64,000 nt of DNA. It comes from the human T2T-CHM13v2.0 reference genome, Homo sapiens. Shown here piece after piece: positions 1-18,196 of this stretch. A model generated the notes under the pieces. That model made no database searches. It had not been told where the DNA came from and worked only from the letters and a program-made list of their open reading frames with translations. The stretch lies in the NCBI RefSeq assembly GCF_009914755.1, contig NC_060926.1; one strand, 5' to 3'. How positions within the stretch are numbered: the first letter of the stretch is position 1; the number at the start of each line of letters is the position of its first letter. The position numbers were made by a program, and so were the translations under genes.

Positions 1-320
<320 letters not shown>

Positions 321-469
321 TTAAGATGCCAGGGTTGAAGAGAAAAGACAAATAGATTGAGACTGAAAGTCAGAGCTTGTTAGACAGACATTGGAGACAT
401 CAAAAGGGCATTAATGACAATGAGCCTGGATTATTCAGTGCGACCACTCATCCCGGAAGCTGGTGGACA

Positions 470-1345
<876 letters not shown>

Positions 1346-2136
1346 TTATTAATATAGAAATCAGAATAGCCAACACATCTATAGAAAAAATGTGAATACA
1401 GATGTTCTGTGATCATGTGACATGGATGTGCTTCCTTCCATCCAAATCATCTCACCCAGTGACTCTCTGGGCATGTAGTACAGTAAGGGAGTGGTAGTCT
1501 CAAACTACTTCAACTGTGGTCCACTTACATGGAGCATACCTACTCCCCATTCCATTCACATATTAAAAAAAAAAAAGGGGTTTCCAAATTTATTTTGTTT
1601 TACATATTTAATTACTAAGCAAAACATGAATACATTCTTGTTTGAAACATTATAGATAAAGGAGAAAGTCCCCTGACTTTTACTTGACCATTCCCTTCCA
1701 GAGGTCACTCTGCATCCAGCTAGTATCCTTTAAAACCCTGTAACTCAGTGAAGGAGCATATAGGCATGTAGAGGTTTGTGTCACACGGTGGCTGTGCAGG
1801 TGACAGTGAGTGTGATTATGTAGGTTCTGCCCACATATACAGCAAGAGTAAAGTTGAATTAAAATGTCCCAGCCACAAAAAACACTTCCTGTCTTACTCC
1901 ATCATCCAACCCCAGAGATACCTGAAACCGAACTCTCTTTTAAATCCCTTCTATGTATTCAGAAATCCTCTCTAAAAGGCTGCTATTTAAAACTTTCTTG
2001 GGAAGGGGAGGATAAGCTAAATATAATTTTTCTCATATTTTCTTTCACTCATTCAAAATAATATATAGGTAATATATGAACATGTGCTTAATTTAAAAGA
2101 TTACAAAAGACAGAAATACATGGAACAAAAGGTAAT

Positions 2137-2298
2137 CTTTCTTTCTTTCTCTTCCTTTCTTCCTTTCTTTCCTTCTTTCCTTCCTTGCTTTCCTTTCTTT
2201 CCTTCTTTCCTTCCTCTCTTCCTCTCTTTCTTTCTCTCTTTCTTTCTCTCTTTCTCTTTCTTTCTTTCTCTCTCTCTCTCTCTCTTTCTTTCTCTTTT
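2137..2298. repeat. (TTTC/TTCC/TC)n microsatellite, derived from an L1 tail
   Basis: Pure pyrimidine run abutting the 3' end of an antisense L1. Confidence 0.9.
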
Positions 2299-2433
2299 AT
2301 ATTTTACTTTAAGTTCTGGGATACATGTGCAGAATGTGCAGTTTTGTTACATAAGTATACATGTGCCACGGTGGTTTGTTGCACCTATCAACTCCTCAAC
2401 TAGGTTTTAAGCCTCGTATGCATTAGGTATTTG
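2299..2433 (-). mobile_element. L1PA 3' end fragment
   Basis: tttaagttctgggatacatgtgcagaatgtgcag... is the L1PA 3'UTR terminus. Confidence 0.9.
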
Positions 2434-2465
2434 TTATATGGCATACTTTTCTAGTCCTTTTTCTA

Positions 2466-2506
2466 TTATGTTGGTGTAAAAGTAATTGCAGTTTGCACCA
2501 ACCTAA
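2466..2506. mobile_element. Internally deleted MADE1 (mariner-derived MITE)
   Basis: ttatgttggtgtaaaagtaattgcag...tttgcaccaacctaa, with TA on both sides. Confidence 0.85.
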
Positions 2507-3049
2507 TATGTACTTTTATTTTATATATGTAATGCAGCAATATATTTTAGAAACTTTTTCAAGTCCATGTCATAAGATTAAAAGATTAAGCTGTGAAAAA
2601 CAGCGAATATGCCATTTGGTAATGACGTACAGGATGGGCAAGTTTTGAAGGGCGGGAAGGGTTTAGGAATGGTTGTACCCAAGCCTAAATAGGGAAGGCT
2701 GGGCTGGGTCGGGTGGTGTGTTGAACATTCATATGGGTGGAGGCACTCAGTGGGGCCGTGTCAAAAGCAAAATTCACTGACTTTCCAATTTTTCCAGACC
2801 TGCTTGTCAAATCCTGAGCCTGGGAGGATGGCTGTGTTAGTGGCAGTAATGGAGCTCTAATGGTTTGTATTCTTACTTGCTATTAAAATTCAGGGTTTTT
2901 TTTCTTTCTTTCTTTCTTTTTTTACCACAATGCTTATTGTTCCTTTTTTTCAGATAAATCAAGGTAAATACCTTTTTCCTTCCTATGTGGTAATTTTGTA
3001 AACTGAATCTTTGAAGAATTGTTCTTGTTTTGAGTTCTCTTCTTTTTAA

Positions 3050-3440
<391 letters not shown>

Positions 3441-3609
3441 CTAATTTAGGCTCAGTCTCATGATTACTTATCTAACATGCCAACTGTTTTACGCTGAGGT
3501 TCACAGAATGTTGAATACACTTCCAAGAGACTGGAGTATATGGGCTTTGGTGTGATATAAAATATACCACCAGATGGCTGGGCACAAGACTTTGCCTTAG
3601 GAAAAAAAA

Positions 3610-3613
<4 letters not shown>

Positions 3614-3653
<40 letters not shown>
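3614..3653. repeat. (TA)n microsatellite
   Basis: About 20 TA units. Confidence 0.95.
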
Positions 3654-3656
<3 letters not shown>

Positions 3657-3704
3657 CAGGATGACTGACCATACTGCCCTTTTTTCTGGAAAGTAATGTA
3701 GTGC

Positions 3705-3900
3705 CAGGGAGAAAGTGATGGGCTATAGAAAGTTAGACAGGCCTGGGTGTACATCCAGGTTATACCACTCACTAGTTTCATGATCTCAAGAAGGTGCCTC
3801 ACAGGTCTCAGTGTTTTCTTCTATAAAACAGGGAAATGCCTGCTGGGGTAGTTGTCAGATTAAAAAAAAATTATACATATAACACTGATTCAATAAATGA
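3705..3900 (+). mobile_element. MIR
   Basis: Core ...ctcagtgttttcttctataaaacaggg... Confidence 0.65.
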
Positions 3901-4354
3901 GTACTTCTACTAATTCCAGGAGATAAAACAGAAAGACAATAAAGGAGTACTATTTTCCCATCTTAGCATTTTGATTTTGAGAATAGTCTGTGGAAATTTT
4001 ATACTACCCATCAAGTCAGCCAAGGCAGAAAAGAAGAGAGAAATTCAGTCAGATTATCTGTCTGAAAGAAAACACTGCTTTATGTTTCTCTTTTGCTGTA
4101 TTCACTCAGAAACCTGAGCTTGCATGACCTAGTGCAGGAAGAAAAGGAAGCTCTAGAAATATGATTCCTGCTTTACAGAGACAGGATGATAGAATATCTG
4201 CAAAACACATACAGGAACTAGCATAATGTCTTGCTAAATGTTTGTTCAGTAAAGACATTAACCCCAATTTCACAATAGTAACGAGCTACCTTTCTAAGAG
4301 TCAATGAATTTCCTTTTAACATTCTTTCATTTTCCTGTTTGTATATATCAGGAA

Positions 4355-4885
4355 GTTTGAGTTATGAATGACCTCAAACTAGCTTAAGTAAATGCAAGCA
4401 CACACATACCTTTCCACAGAGTATACTGAATCATGTTACGGGAAAGAATACGGGTAGGTGTTGACCTCAAGAAGTACTAGATTTGGGGATCCACATACCC
4501 ATCTCTTTGCTGGGCTCCACTCTCTGCTTATTGGCCAGATGGCTTCTGAGAGAGAGTAGATATGAATTCAGCAAACTTGAAGCTTGGATATTCCAAATCA
4601 GTCTCTCAGGATACAGATGTAAAATGCCAGGGATGAACTCTAATTGGTCTTCCCTAGACCATCTGACCACCCTTTGAACCAATACCTGTGGTAAGGGGAG
4701 AGGGGATGTTTTGATTGGTGGGTTGGTTTCTGTACCCACTTCTGTGGCTAATGTGGATGAGGTTTGATGTCCTGCAGTTCCAACAGAAACATACAGAATT
4801 GGGAGGGGCTATTTTCCAAAGGTAAGAGATAGCTTTTAATATAAAAAGTAGGAGGGGGTTGCAGGGCAGACAATACAACCAGAGG
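4355..4885 (-). mobile_element. Old MaLR LTR (MLT1-like)
   Basis: MLT1 motifs (ctctaattgg...accctttgaaccaat...gattgg). Confidence 0.55.
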
Positions 4886-5381
4886 TCCATGCTGGAGATA
4901 ATCTTTTATAAATGATCGAATAGCTAGAATTTGTTGTGATTATATAGATTAGAGTTTTGAAATTTTATGTATCACGTTCTTTATTCCCTAGGAGAGTGTG
5001 TTTGTCACATCATTACTCCTGATAAATGTGTCCTAACGTATTGAGGGAAATTATTATTTTTTAGAGTTGCTTTAATAGTGGTAATAGGGAGGGCTATGAT
5101 GAGGTATCTCACCAAAACCAAAAAATTCTTACTAATTGTTAATTTGGTGGTTTTCTTTCTGTACTTGCTAAAAGTAGCTGATTCAGAAGTGGATAGATGA
5201 GAATTTGCAATTTTGTAGTTAAAATGAATGTGTGATGAATTACTTTGATTTTCTTGAATTAATCCTACTGATATAAAATGAGGCTGGGAAGCATGTGACT
5301 TTGTTGCATACGCATTGTCATCACTCAGTTTAGTTCCATGAGAGGATGGGAGTAGGGAAGGTTGTCTTTAAGGTTAGGTGA

Positions 5382-5849
<468 letters not shown>

Positions 5850-6092
5850 TGAGTAGTAAACAACTAGTATAAACATCAAGTCTGTCTTCCCACGGCTCTT
5901 CCCCCAGCCTTTTCTCCATCTATGTGCAGAAAGCTCCACAAGGTCCCTGTTCGGCATGCCAAGGCACTAGAAATCAGAGCTCCTGTATCTGTTCTCTGGG
6001 CCTGTCGTTTTCTTCTCTCTGTGCCTGGCTCTAAAGTAAGCGGCAAATATATCCACATTTGGTGGTAAAAGGAACTGACAATAATGTTGAGT

Positions 6093-6274
6093 CAGTGCTT
6101 CTCAAACCTTAACGTGCGCATGAGTCATTTGGCTAAACTCTTGTGAAAATGCAGATTCTGATTCAGTAGATCTGGGCATAGCTCCGTAGATCTGGGCTTG
6201 AGACTCTGCTTTTCTAGCAACTCCTAAGTATGGCTACTGCTGCTCCTGGTCCATGAACACATCTTAAGTAACAA
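6093..6274. mobile_element. MER5A-like hAT MITE
   Basis: cagtgcttctcaaac...gtgaaaatgcagattctgattcagtagatctggg. Confidence 0.75.
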
Positions 6275-6714
6275 AGCAGTAAAGTCACAGGGTTTCCCAA
6301 ATTTTAAGTAAAGCTGTTTTGTACCTAGGTGAGGTAAATAGGTACTCTCGTTTGACTTTTAGTTAATCCTTTGATACTTCCACAATTTATGCAAGTTTGA
6401 GAAATATGCTCTTAAGCAAAGTATGATGACATAATGAATACAAGATTGTTGTGGTTTAAAGATTACATAGAAAATATATAAAACAGATAAAATATACAAC
6501 ATATAAAATGTTTTTATATTTGTGTGTGGGTTCTAGAAATGTTCCCCAAGATCATTAGAGATGCAATAAAAACAAGAATAAATTACTAGCAAGATGCATA
6601 CTAATAACCTTTACAAGGAGTTTATTTTTAAAACATTGGTTGTGATGGCATGGTCTTGCTTCATTAAAAATTTCTAGACTGGAAACTGTCCTTATAATGG
6701 TAAGAAAAATATAA

Positions 6715-7071
<357 letters not shown>

Positions 7072-7256
7072 TAAAATGACTTATCTGCTTTGTCAGCACC
7101 TTTGCTGACAAATATTTTAAACATCCTTCCCCTCAAATATACTAATTCAACAAACACACACTGGGTGCCTGTTACACATCAGGCACGGTGCTAGGTGCTG
7201 GGATACAGTGGTGAGTGAAACAGACATACTTTCTTGTTTTCATGCATCTTATAGTC

Positions 7257-7715
7257 CAGAACTGACCTGATCAATACAGTAGCCCCTAGCCATATGTGGT
7301 GATTGAGCACTTGAAAGGTGGCTAGTCCAAATTGAGATGTGTTGTAAATATAAAATAAACATGAGATTTAAAGGACTATCCCCCAAAACCTCACTAATAA
7401 GTTTTTATATTGATTACAAGTTGAAATGATAATATTTTGGACATCTTGAGTTGCACAAAATATATTACTAAAATTAATATCACTTGTTTTCTTTTCTGTC
7501 TTTTTCTTTTTTTTTTTTTTTAGAGGCGGGGGTCTCCCTATGTTGCCGAGGCTGGTCTTGAACTCCTGGGCTCAAGCAATCCACCTACTTTGGCCTCCCA
7601 AAGTGCTCAGATTGCAGCATCATGCCCAACCCTTTTTACTTGTTAATGTGCTGTCAGAACATTTTAAATTACATACTTATCTCCTATTCCGTCTCCAGTG
7701 AATGGTGCAGGTCTA
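7257..7715. mobile_element. MER33/MER3-like hAT element containing a FLAM monomer (~7500-7632)
   Basis: tagcccctagccatatgtggtgattgagcacttgaaa motif; Alu left monomer inside. Confidence 0.7.
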
Positions 7716-7724
7716 CAGCAGTTG

Positions 7725-7898
7725 GCTAGCGATTCTCAAACTTTCTTGTGTCTCTAAATCAACCCGAAAATCTTGTGAAAATGCAGATCTGGGTCACATA
7801 GGCCTGGGTGGGGCCTGAGATTCTGCAGTTTTAATATGCTTCCAGATGATGCTGATGCTAATTCTGCTGTTCCATGCAGCACACTTTGACTACCAAGG
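7725..7898. mobile_element. MER5A-like hAT MITE
   Basis: gattctcaaactt...gggtggggcctgagattctgca...cacactttga. Confidence 0.75.
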
Positions 7899-7947
7899 AA
7901 CTAGAAGATTTATGAAGATTAAACGTGGATTGAAATATGTGATTAAG

Positions 7948-8384
<437 letters not shown>

Positions 8385-8862
8385 TTAAACTTTTAAGAAA
8401 CAGTTTGATGTCTTGTGAGATATTTAAATGTTTAGCCAACATTGGTGTATGTACCCCTCTGAACATGTGCGTGTATGCACAGTTTTCATAGTTGAATTCA
8501 ACAACTGTGTATTGGGAGAGACATTGTACCAATCACCACATTGGATGGATCTTAGGGATAAAGAAATGAAAGTGATGTGCTCCTTGTTCTCAAACAGCTT
8601 ATCATTGTGTTACAGAAGGAAATAAACACAACGGACAGTAATACAGCACAAGAAGTACTAAGCTCAGGGTGGTGCCATCTGATATTTTGTTCCACTTCAC
8701 CTTTCTACTGATAACTGTATTTTTCCTGTGGCGAATTCACACCTGCCTCCCCAGCTACATTCCCTCTCTGTTTTGGGGTGTGCATGGCTGAACTCCACCC
8801 TCCCTAGAATCCAGTGGTGGAGCAAGTGAGTTAGGCTGAGACAGACAGAAAGATTGAGTGAC

Positions 8863-9265
<403 letters not shown>

Positions 9266-9365
9266 CTAGCCATCTTTCTGACATGGGGACCTCAGGCTGG
9301 AGCAAACACCAACACCAAGGAAACCGATCTGTGGAACAGACAGACAAAGCTGTTCTTTCTGATTC

Positions 9366-10205
<840 letters not shown>

Positions 10206-10290
10206 TAAGCCAATAAATTCCATTTGCTCAAGCAAGTCTAATTTACATTTTCTGTTCCTTGTAACCTAAGGAGACCTAACTGATAACATG

Positions 10291-10403
10291 TTACCTAAAC
10301 AACAGATAACTGATAACATAGCTAATAACTGAGAACATGATACCTAACCAATAGATAACTGATAACATAGCTAATAACTGAGAACACAATACCTAACCAA
10401 TAG
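10291..10403. repeat. 49-bp minisatellite, ~2.3 copies
   Basis: Units start at 10291, 10340 and 10389. Confidence 0.9.
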
Positions 10404-10809
10404 CATAAACAAAACAGAGAGAATGGGAGGAGTAATTTTGCATGGGAGCCTCACAGACCGCTTGATATTTGAGTTCAATGCCTAATGGACCTGTAGATGA
10501 TGAGACTGTATTCCTTGTTACATTTATGGATTCTGCAAATAGGGCAGGATTCCTAAAAATGTCAGGCCCGGTCCACAGGATACAACAATATGTTCCTAAT
10601 CTCTGGCAGAGGCTCTCGAAAGCTGGAGGAATCTTGTTCGCACTATAAATATCAGCCACTTCCTCATTGGAGCTTAAATGTCACCTCTCTGATTTGCCTT
10701 CACTGACCTCCCCACCCAAAATTGTCTCTATTTCTTTTTCCCGAGTCATCTGTTTAAATGTCTGAAGAGCACTTTGATTCTGTAATTGTCTTTTAAAATA
10801 ATATTGTTT

Positions 10810-11103
10810 GCCGGGCGCGGTGGCTCACGCCTGTAATCCCAGCACTTTGGGAGGCCGAGGTGGGTGGATCACGAGGTCAGGAGATCGAGACCGTCTTGGC
10901 TAACACGGTGAAACCCCATCTATACTAAAAATAAAAAAATCAGCCGGGAGTGGTGGCGGGAGCTTGCAGTCCCAGCTACTCAGGAGGCTGAGGCAGGAGA
11001 ATGGCGTGAACCCGGGAGGCGGAGCTTGCAGTGAGCCGAGATCACGCCACTGCACTCCAGGCTCCGCGACAGTGCGAGACTCTGTCTCAAAAAATAATAA
11101 TAA
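10810..11103 (+). mobile_element. AluY
   Basis: Y diagnostics ggctaacacgg, gaatggcgtgaacc, ggagcttgcag. Confidence 0.93.
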
Positions 11104-11634
11104 TGTTTACTATTTTTATTTATTTATCATAATGATTTTATCTTAGAATATAAAATCCTTAAGGGTCAGAATCTCTTCAGTTTCCGTAAGTGCTATATCT
11201 GCAGTGTCTAGCATTCTTGTCTGGTGGCACTTACATTTTGTTGAATTGATGTTCAATTAATTAGGACATTGAATCCAGGCTTGACTTCCAAATATTTTCA
11301 TTGATAGAGAGAAGCCACAGCAGTTCTAGAGAAAAGAGAAGTAAGTTCACTAAGGAACTTCAAATGAAATTAATATGAATGATTTTGGAGAACACTCAGG
11401 AACCATTTATGTATTTCACAATTATATAAAGGCTCTTTATTAGAAAAATGTAAAAAAAAAAAAAAAAAGCAACTGCTCTGTATTGTCACAAACTTCTAAA
11501 TCAAAAGGAGAAACAAAGAAGAGGACTTTCACTGGCCCTAAAGAAGAACTTGAACTATCTTCAGGTTCTGGGAAGTAGTATTTTCAGCGCCCAACATATT
11601 GTGCCTTTCTTCAGCTACCCTACCTTTATCAAGA

Positions 11635-12152
11635 GGGCAGAGACTGTTGGTTGCTTACCCGGTAACTCTTCTCCCCTTCATGGTTAGTAACAGAACCCTG
11701 ATTTTATTTCAGATGCCATTGTGTGCTTCTAAGAGATTGTATGTTCCGGCTTCGTTAGTATGTGGTGATATTCTGATCAATGTGATGTAAGATGAGGTGT
11801 TGTGTTGAAAAAAAAAAACTCTTTAAAGGAATTACTAGGAATTGCATCTCTTTTGTATTGTCCTCTCCTTTCTTTCTGATGCCTGGAACACAGATGTGAT
11901 GGCTAAAGCTCCAGCAGCCATTTTATGACTTTGGATATAGACATCAGATGCTAGTAAGTCACATACAGAGACTGGAAGAACAAAAAGAGAGAAGCATCTT
12001 GGGTTGGGTGCCTGCTGATTTCATGGAGTTTCCATACTGGCCCTAAATTACCAAGTTCCAGATTCCTTTTATGTAAAATAAAAATCCTTATGTGTTTTAG
12101 CTACTATTATTTTGCATTCTTAGTTACATACAATCAAACTTAATTCTAATGA
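11635..12152 (+). mobile_element. Old MaLR LTR (MLT1J/K-like)
   Basis: gcctggaacacagatgtgatggctaaagctccagcagccatttt motif. Confidence 0.65.
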
Positions 12153-12399
12153 TCTTGCTTTTCTCTTTTTAATCAAATATATAAAATCTATATTATAAAA
12201 GATCTTAAGAAATAATAGAGAAACAGCTATTTTGGAGAGAAAATATTATTTCAGAAACTGCCTGAATTCAGGGTTCTTTACATATATACTTATAAAATAG
12301 AAAGGCCCAAATAAATGGATAAATTGCAGGGAAGCTTTAGTAAGTATAATATAAAAGATTTTATATGCAGAGTCTCATACATAGAACGACAAACAAACA

Positions 12400-14260
12400 A
12401 GTCCAACAAAAGATTCAAAGAGACTTCTACACACATAAGAGTGTGTAGCTCATAAATGTTCACTTCCTTAACTGGGAATTATTATCAATCAAAATGAAAC
12501 AGGAATAAGAAAGTATGCTGTGTTACTTTAAAAAGCAAATGCATTTTTAGGATATTTTAATGAAATTCTGATGTATAAGGGCTGGGAATAGACCCTTTTA
12601 ATATATTTTACAATTGTCAGGTCCTTGGTTAAAATCTGGGTATGCTATTTTATTCTCCAAATGATGAAAAGGGGAAAAGTGCACTAAAAATAATCAAAGG
12701 GATAGAAAATAGGTCATTTCAGAAAGACTTTTTTTCTAAAAAAAGATTTGTCTACAAACAAATGGAAAAACATTCTGTGCTCATGGGTTGGAAGAATCAA
12801 TATTGTTAAAATGGCCATACTGCCCAAAGCAATCTACAGATTCAGTGCTATTACTATCAAACTACCAATGTCATTTTTCACAGAACTATAAAAAACTAGT
12901 CTAAAATTCATGTGGAACCAAAAAAGAGCCCAAATAACTAAAAGAATCCCAAACAAAACCAACAAGGCTGAAAGCATCACTTTACCCAACTTCAAACTAC
13001 ACTACAAGGCTACAGTAATGAAACCAACATGATGCTGGTACAAAAAAAGACACACAGACCTATGGAACAGAATAGAGAACCCAAACATAAAGCCACACAT
13101 CTATAATCATCTGATCTTTGACAAAGTTGGCAAAAATAAGCAATGGGGAAAGGACTCCCTAGTCACTAAATGGTGCTGGGATAACGGGCCATCTATATGC
13201 AGAAAAATGAAGCTGGACCCCTACTTATCACCATAGGCAAAAATTAATCAAGATAAATTAACAACTTAAATGTAAGACCTCAAACTATAAAAATCCTAGA
13301 AGAAAATCTAGGAAATACCATTTTGGACATCAGTCTTGACAAACGATTTATGGCTAAGTCCTCTAATCAATTGCAACAAAAACAAAAATTAACAAGTGGG
13401 ATCTAATTAAACCAAAAAGCATCTGCACAGTAAAAGAAACTATCAACAGAGTAAACAGACAACCTACAGAATGGGAGTACTTGCAAACTATGCATCCAAC
13501 AAAGGTCTAATATTCAGAGTCTGTAAGGAACTTAAAAAAAATTACAAGCAAAAGACAAATAATCCCATTAAAAAGTGGGCAAAGTCTGTGAACAGACACT
13601 TCTCAAGAAAAGGCACACAAGCGGCCAACAAGCATATGAAAAAATGTTCATCATCACCAATCATTAGAGAAATGCAAATCAAAACCACAATGAAATACCA
13701 TCTCATATCAGTCAGAATGACTATTAAAAAGTCAAAAAATAACAGATGCTGGCAGAGCTGCAGAGTAAAGGGAAAGCTTTCACGCTGTTGGTGGGAAAGT
13801 AAATTAGTTCAGCCACTGTGGAAAGCAGTTTGGAGATTTCTCAAAGAACTAAAAATGGACATAAAGAAGAGAACAACAGACACTGAGGATTATAGGAGGT
13901 GTGAGGGAGAGGACAAGGGTTGAAAAACTACCTGTTGGATACTGTGCTCATTACCTGGGTGACAGGTGCAATTATACCCCAAACCTCAGCATTACGCAAT
14001 ATACCCTTGTAACAAACCTGAATGTGAATCTAAAATAAAAGTTAGAAAAAAAGTTTTGTCTGGCTTGGAAAATAAAAAGAAGACAAAGTATTTCATGCAT
14101 GTGAAGAGTTATTAAAGAAGGCTAGTCAGTTTTTAATCACTAAAGTAGAACAGAATCAAATGACCTTAGGTTGAAGAAATTGCTTATTGATAGTGTTGAC
14201 AAAATCTGGTGTGATTGAAGGTGGCAGAAGAATCTCAGTCCCTAGAGATCTTTATAAATC
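12400..14260 (+). mobile_element. Ancient L3/CR1 remnant interrupted by an L1
   Basis: CR1-like motifs (aaaaagcaaatgcatttttagg; cagtccctagagatctt) flank the L1. Confidence 0.45.
12754..14050 (+). mobile_element. 5'-truncated L1 (old L1PA/L1PB), ORF2 C-terminal remnant plus 3'UTR
   Basis: ORF 13471-13923 resembles ORF2p (NNPIKKWAK, IREMQIKTTM, LVQPLWKAVWRFLKEL); TSD aaaaaag(a/t)tttgtct. Confidence 0.93.
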
Positions 14261-14465
14261 CTGGAGAGGATGTAGGAGACATCCCATTGTCATGTGTCTC
14301 CCCATGATCAACCATGAGCCTCACTCCTGAAGCTGAGAGCCTGTGTTGAAAAGAAGGACTTCCTAGAAAGACAGAGTGATGTTTGGCCACAGAAACTCTT
14401 AGAATTCTTCTCCTGACTCTTTCTTTGAAATTCAGTCACTGGAAAATTCCTTGAAATATATTCCT

Positions 14466-15125
<660 letters not shown>

Positions 15126-15244
15126 TGATTGTCTACTTGTAGCAGAGGTTTTGGGTGCCCTGCATACATCCCCTTAGTGTTCTCATGTCTAGGATGTGCT
15201 GTTGACACCTGTGACACCTCAGTGCCTCTACCAGTGCCTAAGCC

Positions 15245-15640
15245 AGTGATTTGTCCTTTCTGAGATAGATCTGTAACCTCGGTGTGAGTTTGCTTTTCCT
15301 GCCCACTGATCCTTGCCAGTACCACAATCCGAGGGCTCACAAAATGTCTGATTTGCCATCATAGAATCCTGCATAGCATCGTTCTGGGAGTGAGGGCCCA
15401 CTTTATGGCAGAGGAGCAGCAATGAGCATGTGACAGTGGGACCTATGGGTCCTACCAAGTGCCTCATCACTGAGAAGTGTCACCAGATGGAACACTTCGA
15501 GTCCCGTTAAAAACCCAGCAAAGGAGCCAGCTTGAGGATGATATTCTATTGGAGTGGGGCCTTGTCTTTCAAAATGTGGCATATATAGTACTTTGAACCA
15601 AAGGTCAAATGTTACTGTGTCCCCAGTAGCTAGAATACCC
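15245..15640 (+). mobile_element. ERVL/MaLR internal fragment (integrase remnant)
   Basis: Sequence from ~15333 translates [28 protein letters not shown], resembling the ERVL integrase segment GLTECLIH.HGIPHSIASDQGTHFTAKE. Confidence 0.65.
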
Positions 15641-15962
15641 TCCCCAAACCCTAGTAGATAATCTATGATTGAGATAGATTTATCAGGGTAATTTCATTTG
15701 CCAGTGATTGATTTAGGGGAAATTAGTTGAGTGCATCCTGGAAAGATGTAGCTGTTCAATAAACCCATACTGACGTGTAAGGAGAAACTGCTTTTCTCTT
15801 CTGGCTTTAGATGTGTTGTGTAAGATAACATTTGGAGCAGTGGCAGCCATCTTATCACCATGAAGAGAGAGACAACATAGAGACTGAGAATGGTAGAGTG
15901 AGCAAAGAGACAGGAGGAGCTGGGTCTTTGATGACACCATTGAGCCTTTAAAGCAGCCCTGG

Positions 15963-16272
15963 GGCTAGGCACAGTGGCTCACACCTGTAATCGCAGCACT
16001 TTGGGAGGCTGAAGTGAGCTGATCACCTGAGGTCAACAGTTCAAGACCATCCTGGCCAACATGGCAAAACCTCATCTCTACAAAAAATACAAAAATCAGC
16101 TGGGCGTGGTGGTGCATGCCAGCATTCCCAGCTACTTGGGAGGCTGAGGCAGGAGAATTGCTTGAGCCCGGGTGGCGAAGGTTGCATTGAGCCAAGACTG
16201 TGCCACTGCATTCCAGCCTGGGAGATGGGAATAAACCCTGTCTCAAAACAAATAAACAAACAAACAAACAAA
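15963..16272 (+). mobile_element. Alu (AluS) within an MLT1-like LTR
   Basis: Full length; flanks share aaaagcagcc. Confidence 0.93.
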
Positions 16273-16876
16273 CCCCCTCCCCTCCCCCCCCCCAAAAAAA
16301 ACCAAAAAGCAGCCATGGAACTGTTTCCTCTGGACATTTTGTTAAGTGAAATAACAGATGGTTTTATTAAGCCACTTTTAGTCCAAAATGGGTAATTTCA
16401 GGTGATATTCATGGCAGATGTTGCTAGTTAGGCTTTCCCACATTTATCCCTTCCCATGGCTTCCTTTGTGCTGATAGTGCCTCATTTCCATTCCAGAAGC
16501 CCAAAATGCCTCTCTAACACTTTCCCAGCCTCCTTTACAGATAAGATATGGATGTGTGACTCAGTTCCCGTCAATGAGATTTGAGGAGGGGTCTGTTGTG
16601 AGCCTTCTGAGAAAGGATTTCCTCCTTAATAAAAAGTGACATTTAGGGAACATGCCCTTATTCTTTGGCCAGATGCTGTTGTGTATTCATGTGATACTTG
16701 AAACTGTGGCTGCCATCTGTGACTATGAGTGGACAGTCTAAGGATGAAACCAATATGCTGAGAATGACACAGTGAATGATAGGGAAAACCCAGGTCCTCA
16801 ATGATATGCAGAGTCCTGAACTCACCTTGGACTTGCCCTGCCTCTTTAGTTCTTTTAATATGACATAAAAAATGTC

Positions 16877-17545
<669 letters not shown>

Positions 17546-18125
17546 TGAATGTTCTGCTTCTCAAAGCCAGAGTCATCTGAACTCAAACATGCAGTATCAT
17601 ATGCCACCTTAACTCCTGCCTTCTACCCCCAAAATTCACCAGAAGTGAAAGAACTGAAAGATTTCTGTTAAAATTTTAAACATCAGCTGGTCTTGGTATT
17701 GTACTGTAATGACTATGGAAAGTGCTTATAGTATTTTATTATATAGTCACAGACTATTTCTGCCACCCTTCACATGAAACAGATCATTAGGTATTCATGA
17801 GAATTATGAAGACATCTCTTCTCAATGTCCCTGTTATTTGGACAAATAACAAAACTATAAAAGGAACTGCTGTACTCCTACAGATGTTTTCATTCATTTG
17901 GACATAATAGTTTCTGAATTTAATTTTTATAAAAAGGAAAATATAGCCAAATTCTATAATTCTCAAAAGCTGTCAATAAAAATATATTGAAAACTTTTCA
18001 AGAGAAAATCAATTATACACATGATTTTTTTAATTAAAAAAATAAAAAATGTAGAAAGTAGAAATACTACAGGCATACCTGCTTTTGTTGCACTTTGCTT
18101 TATTGTGTTTTTTACAAATTGGAGG

Positions 18126-18195
18126 TGTATTTGTCTGTTCTCACACTGCTAATAAAGATATACCCAAGACTGGGTAATTTATGAAGAAGAAGAGT
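18126..18195 (-). mobile_element. THE1/MST LTR terminal fragment
   Basis: tgtatttgtctgttctcacactgctaataaagatatacccaagactgggtaatttat. Confidence 0.85.
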
Positions 18196-18196
18196 T

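Noticed and set aside
2610-2870. Possible second promoter (CRE-like tgacgtac, GC box)
   Set aside because: Isolated short motifs with no CpG island or downstream exon evidence.
10279-10403. Repeat array resembling CRISPR
   Set aside because: Head-to-tail tandem units without unique spacers, in primate DNA.
13471-13923. 150-aa ORF
   Set aside because: It is an L1 ORF2 remnant, not a host gene.
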